From Eledone cirrhosa (Eukaryota), in the NCBI GenBank assembly GCA_964016885.1, contig OZ024748.1, positions 20,336,001 to 20,400,000 on the forward strand: DNA of 64,000 nt, given 5' to 3'. Below, one piece after another: positions 61,755-64,000 of this stretch; within the stretch, counting starts at the first letter, position 1; each line of letters begins with the position of its first letter. The notes under the pieces were generated by a model that worked only from the letters and a program-made list of their open reading frames with translations, searched no databases and had not been told where the DNA came from. The position numbers and the translations under genes are program-made.

Positions 61755-62453
61755 AGTTTCTACTTTTGGCATAAGGCCAGCAATTACCCCAGTGCATTAC
61801 TGGTGCTTTATTTGATCGACCCCATAAGGATGAAAGGCAAAGTTAACTTCGGCGGGATTTGAATGCGGAATGTAAAAGGCTGTAACTCTATGCTGCTAAG
61901 CATATTATCCAAAGTTAATAATAATTGTTTCTACTTTTGGCACAAGGCCAGCAATTACCCCAGTTCATTACTGGTGCTTTATTTTATTGATCCCGTAAGG
62001 ATGAAAGGCAAAGTTAACTTCGGCGGGATTTGAATGCGGAATGTAAAAGGCTGTAACTCTATGCTGCTAAGCATGTTATCCAAAGCTAATAATAATTGTT
62101 TCTACTTTTGGCACAAGGCCAGCAATTACCCCAGTTCATTACTGGTGCTTTATTTTATTGATCCCGTAAGGATGAAAGGCAAAGTTAACTTCGGCGGGAT
62201 TTGAATGCGGAATGTAAAAGGCTGTAACTCTATGCTGCTAAGCATGTTATCCAAAGCTAATAATAATTGTTTCTACTTTTGGCACAAGGCCAGCAATTAC
62301 CCCAGTTCATTACTGGTGCTTTATTTTATTGATCCCGTAAGGATGAAAAGCAAAGTTAACCTCGGCGGGACTTGAACTCAAACCATAAAGGGCCATAACT
62401 CTTTGCTGCAAAGTATGACATCAGACCCTCTACCAATACTGCCAATCCACCGA
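61755..62453 (-). mobile_element. Four head-to-tail family-A SINE units (171-bp period)
   Basis: tttctacttttgg at 61757, 61928, 62099, 62270; only the last unit keeps the full tRNA-like head. Confidence 0.88.
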
Positions 62454-62525
62454 CTCTAATAATAACAATGTAGCTATTCCTGTACTTAGACAAAATATAA
62501 GAGCAGCCATCCTTGACTGACTTAC

Positions 62526-62610
62526 CTGTTGGTAGGCTTTCCTTTGCACGTACATACGGTATGTTGCTTGTGTTTGGATAAAGCCATTTTTGAGGACTTT
62601 AACTTGCTTT
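62526..62610 (-). CDS. MYO15: MYO15-like exon: IQ motif (KQVKVLKNGFIQTQATYRMYVQRKAYQQ)
   Basis: 85 nt, tttcag acceptor, gtaagt donor; IQ-like motif QATYRMYVQRKAY. Confidence 0.88.
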
Positions 62611-63397
62611 CTGAAAAAGTATCAAAATAAATAAATAAATATATAAATAAATAAATATATAAATAAACATTAATTCAAATTTAAATATTTTGGGGACCAA
62701 TGCAAGTACTGGATCAAGAAGTCATTTTTATATTTTAACCCTTTATCATTTACATTACTCTATATTTACTATTTTATTTTGTGAACAATACCTTAACATC
62801 AGTATGAGTGGCCGGTTACGGCTGCTTTGAACAGAAAGAGGTTAAAGAATTCTGGCTGGATATAGCCGGTTTAAATGTTAAAGGGTTAAACTAAGTGTAG
62901 ATGTAAACATGGAAAATAGACATTAAACTGTGATGATGGTGGTGGTGTTAATGGTGAGGAGGAGGAGGAGAAATATACAATATCCTAGGGATACCTTCTG
63001 CATGAATAACATATACTGTTGCGGCAAGAGTGAACATAAAATATCTTAGGGATGCCTTCTGCTTAAATAACATATGCTCTTGCTGCAAGAGTTGTCAAAA
63101 AAACATACAATTTTCTTAGGGATGCCTTCTGCATAAACAAACATATGCTCTTGCTTCAAGAGTTGTTGTAAAACATATGTTTTATGATACTATAGCCACC
63201 ATAAAAATCCAGATAGTTTTGAAGAGTAATATATCAACATTTTTATCATAGTTTAGTGAAAACTGTCATAATGGCAGACAAGTTATTTCATCATGTATTT
63301 CAGAGGTTATAACAAACAAACACACTAGCAGGCACTAAATCATCTGCTTTAAAAAATATTTCTCTTTCAAATGGTTTGATGTCAACAGCTTCATTTG

Positions 63398-64000
63398 CTG
63401 TGTACTTGTCTCTGTGTAACTCTACATACGTCTTTCTATTCCATTTTCTGTGTAACTCTACACATGACTTTCTATTCCATTTTCTGTGTGTCTGTGTAAC
63501 TTTACACATGTCTTTCTATTCCACTAGCTGTGTACTTGTATCTGTGTAACTTTACACATGTCTTTCTATTCCACTAGCTGTGTACTTGTGTCTGTGTAAC
63601 TCTACACATGTCTTTCTATTCCATTAGCTGTGTACTTGTCTCTGTGTAACTTTACACATGTCTTTCTATTCCACTAGCTGTGTACTTGTGTCTGTGTAAC
63701 TTTATCATGTCTTTCTATTCCACTAGCTGTGTACTTGTGTCTGTGTAACTCTACACATGTCTTTCTATTCCACTAGCTGTGTACTTGTGTCTGTGTAACT
63801 CTACACATGTCTTTCTATTCCACTAGCTGTGTACTTGTGTCTGTGTAACTTTACACATGTCTTTCTATTCCACTAGCTGTGTACTTGTGTCTGTGTAACT
63901 CTACACATGTCTTTCTATTCCACTAGCTGTGTACTTGTGTCTGTGTAACTCTACACATGTCTTTCTATTCCACTAGCTGTGTACTTGTGTCTGTGTAACT
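63398..64000. repeat. 50-bp minisatellite running off the window
   Basis: unit ctgtgtacttgtgtctgtgtaactctacacatgtctttctattccactag. Confidence 0.94.

Larger units (their letters stand above)
866..62610 (-). other. MYO15: Partial gene span: unconventional myosin XV-like (neck and tail: IQ, MyTH4, FERM-like, SH3, MyTH4, FERM start); 35 exons in window, continues beyond both ends
   Basis: Exons have GT-AG boundaries and compatible phases throughout. Peptides match recalled MYO15A-type motifs: LRDEIYCQLVNQTW, AERGW, YVSDFGYNG, RTYPP.LLEW, VDSWSTGE, GW.V...ELMGNDYILDLIS, LRKEVF, SH3 GWLYG..NG.VGFFP, LRKTLRFGGR. Confidence 0.93.

Noticed and set aside
63300-63509. 69-aa ORF as a possible upstream myosin exon
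   Set aside because: It begins in the 50-bp minisatellite, lacks convincing splice sites and shows no IQ or motor similarity.

Overview
AT-rich, repeat-dense eukaryotic DNA. The SINE and microsatellite repertoire suggests a coleoid cephalopod, probably Octopus (inference). The whole window lies inside one minus-strand unconventional myosin XV (MYO15-like) gene. I traced by hand 35 GT-AG exons (62610 down to 866, 4945 nt, about 1648 codons) that splice into one continuous frame: IQ motif, MyTH4, long Pro/Gln-rich linker, FERM-like region, SH3, second MyTH4, start of second FERM. The motor domain and the C-terminus lie outside the window. Nearly all long ORFs in the supplied track are microsatellite or minisatellite artefacts. 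The introns hold tRNA-derived SINEs, TTAA/piggyBac-like MITEs, three non-autonomous Helitrons, RTE- and CR1-type LINE fragments and many tandem arrays. The most notable unannotated signal is a set of about nine type I hammerhead-ribozyme-like motifs (CUGANGA...GAAA...NUH) from several unrelated sequence families. They include a 311-bp retrozyme-like unit, a homologue of it inside a Helitron, a motif in the loop of a foldback, and a ~430-bp near-perfect palindrome carrying a hammerhead on both strands. All structures were folded by eye; no searches or folding programs were run.
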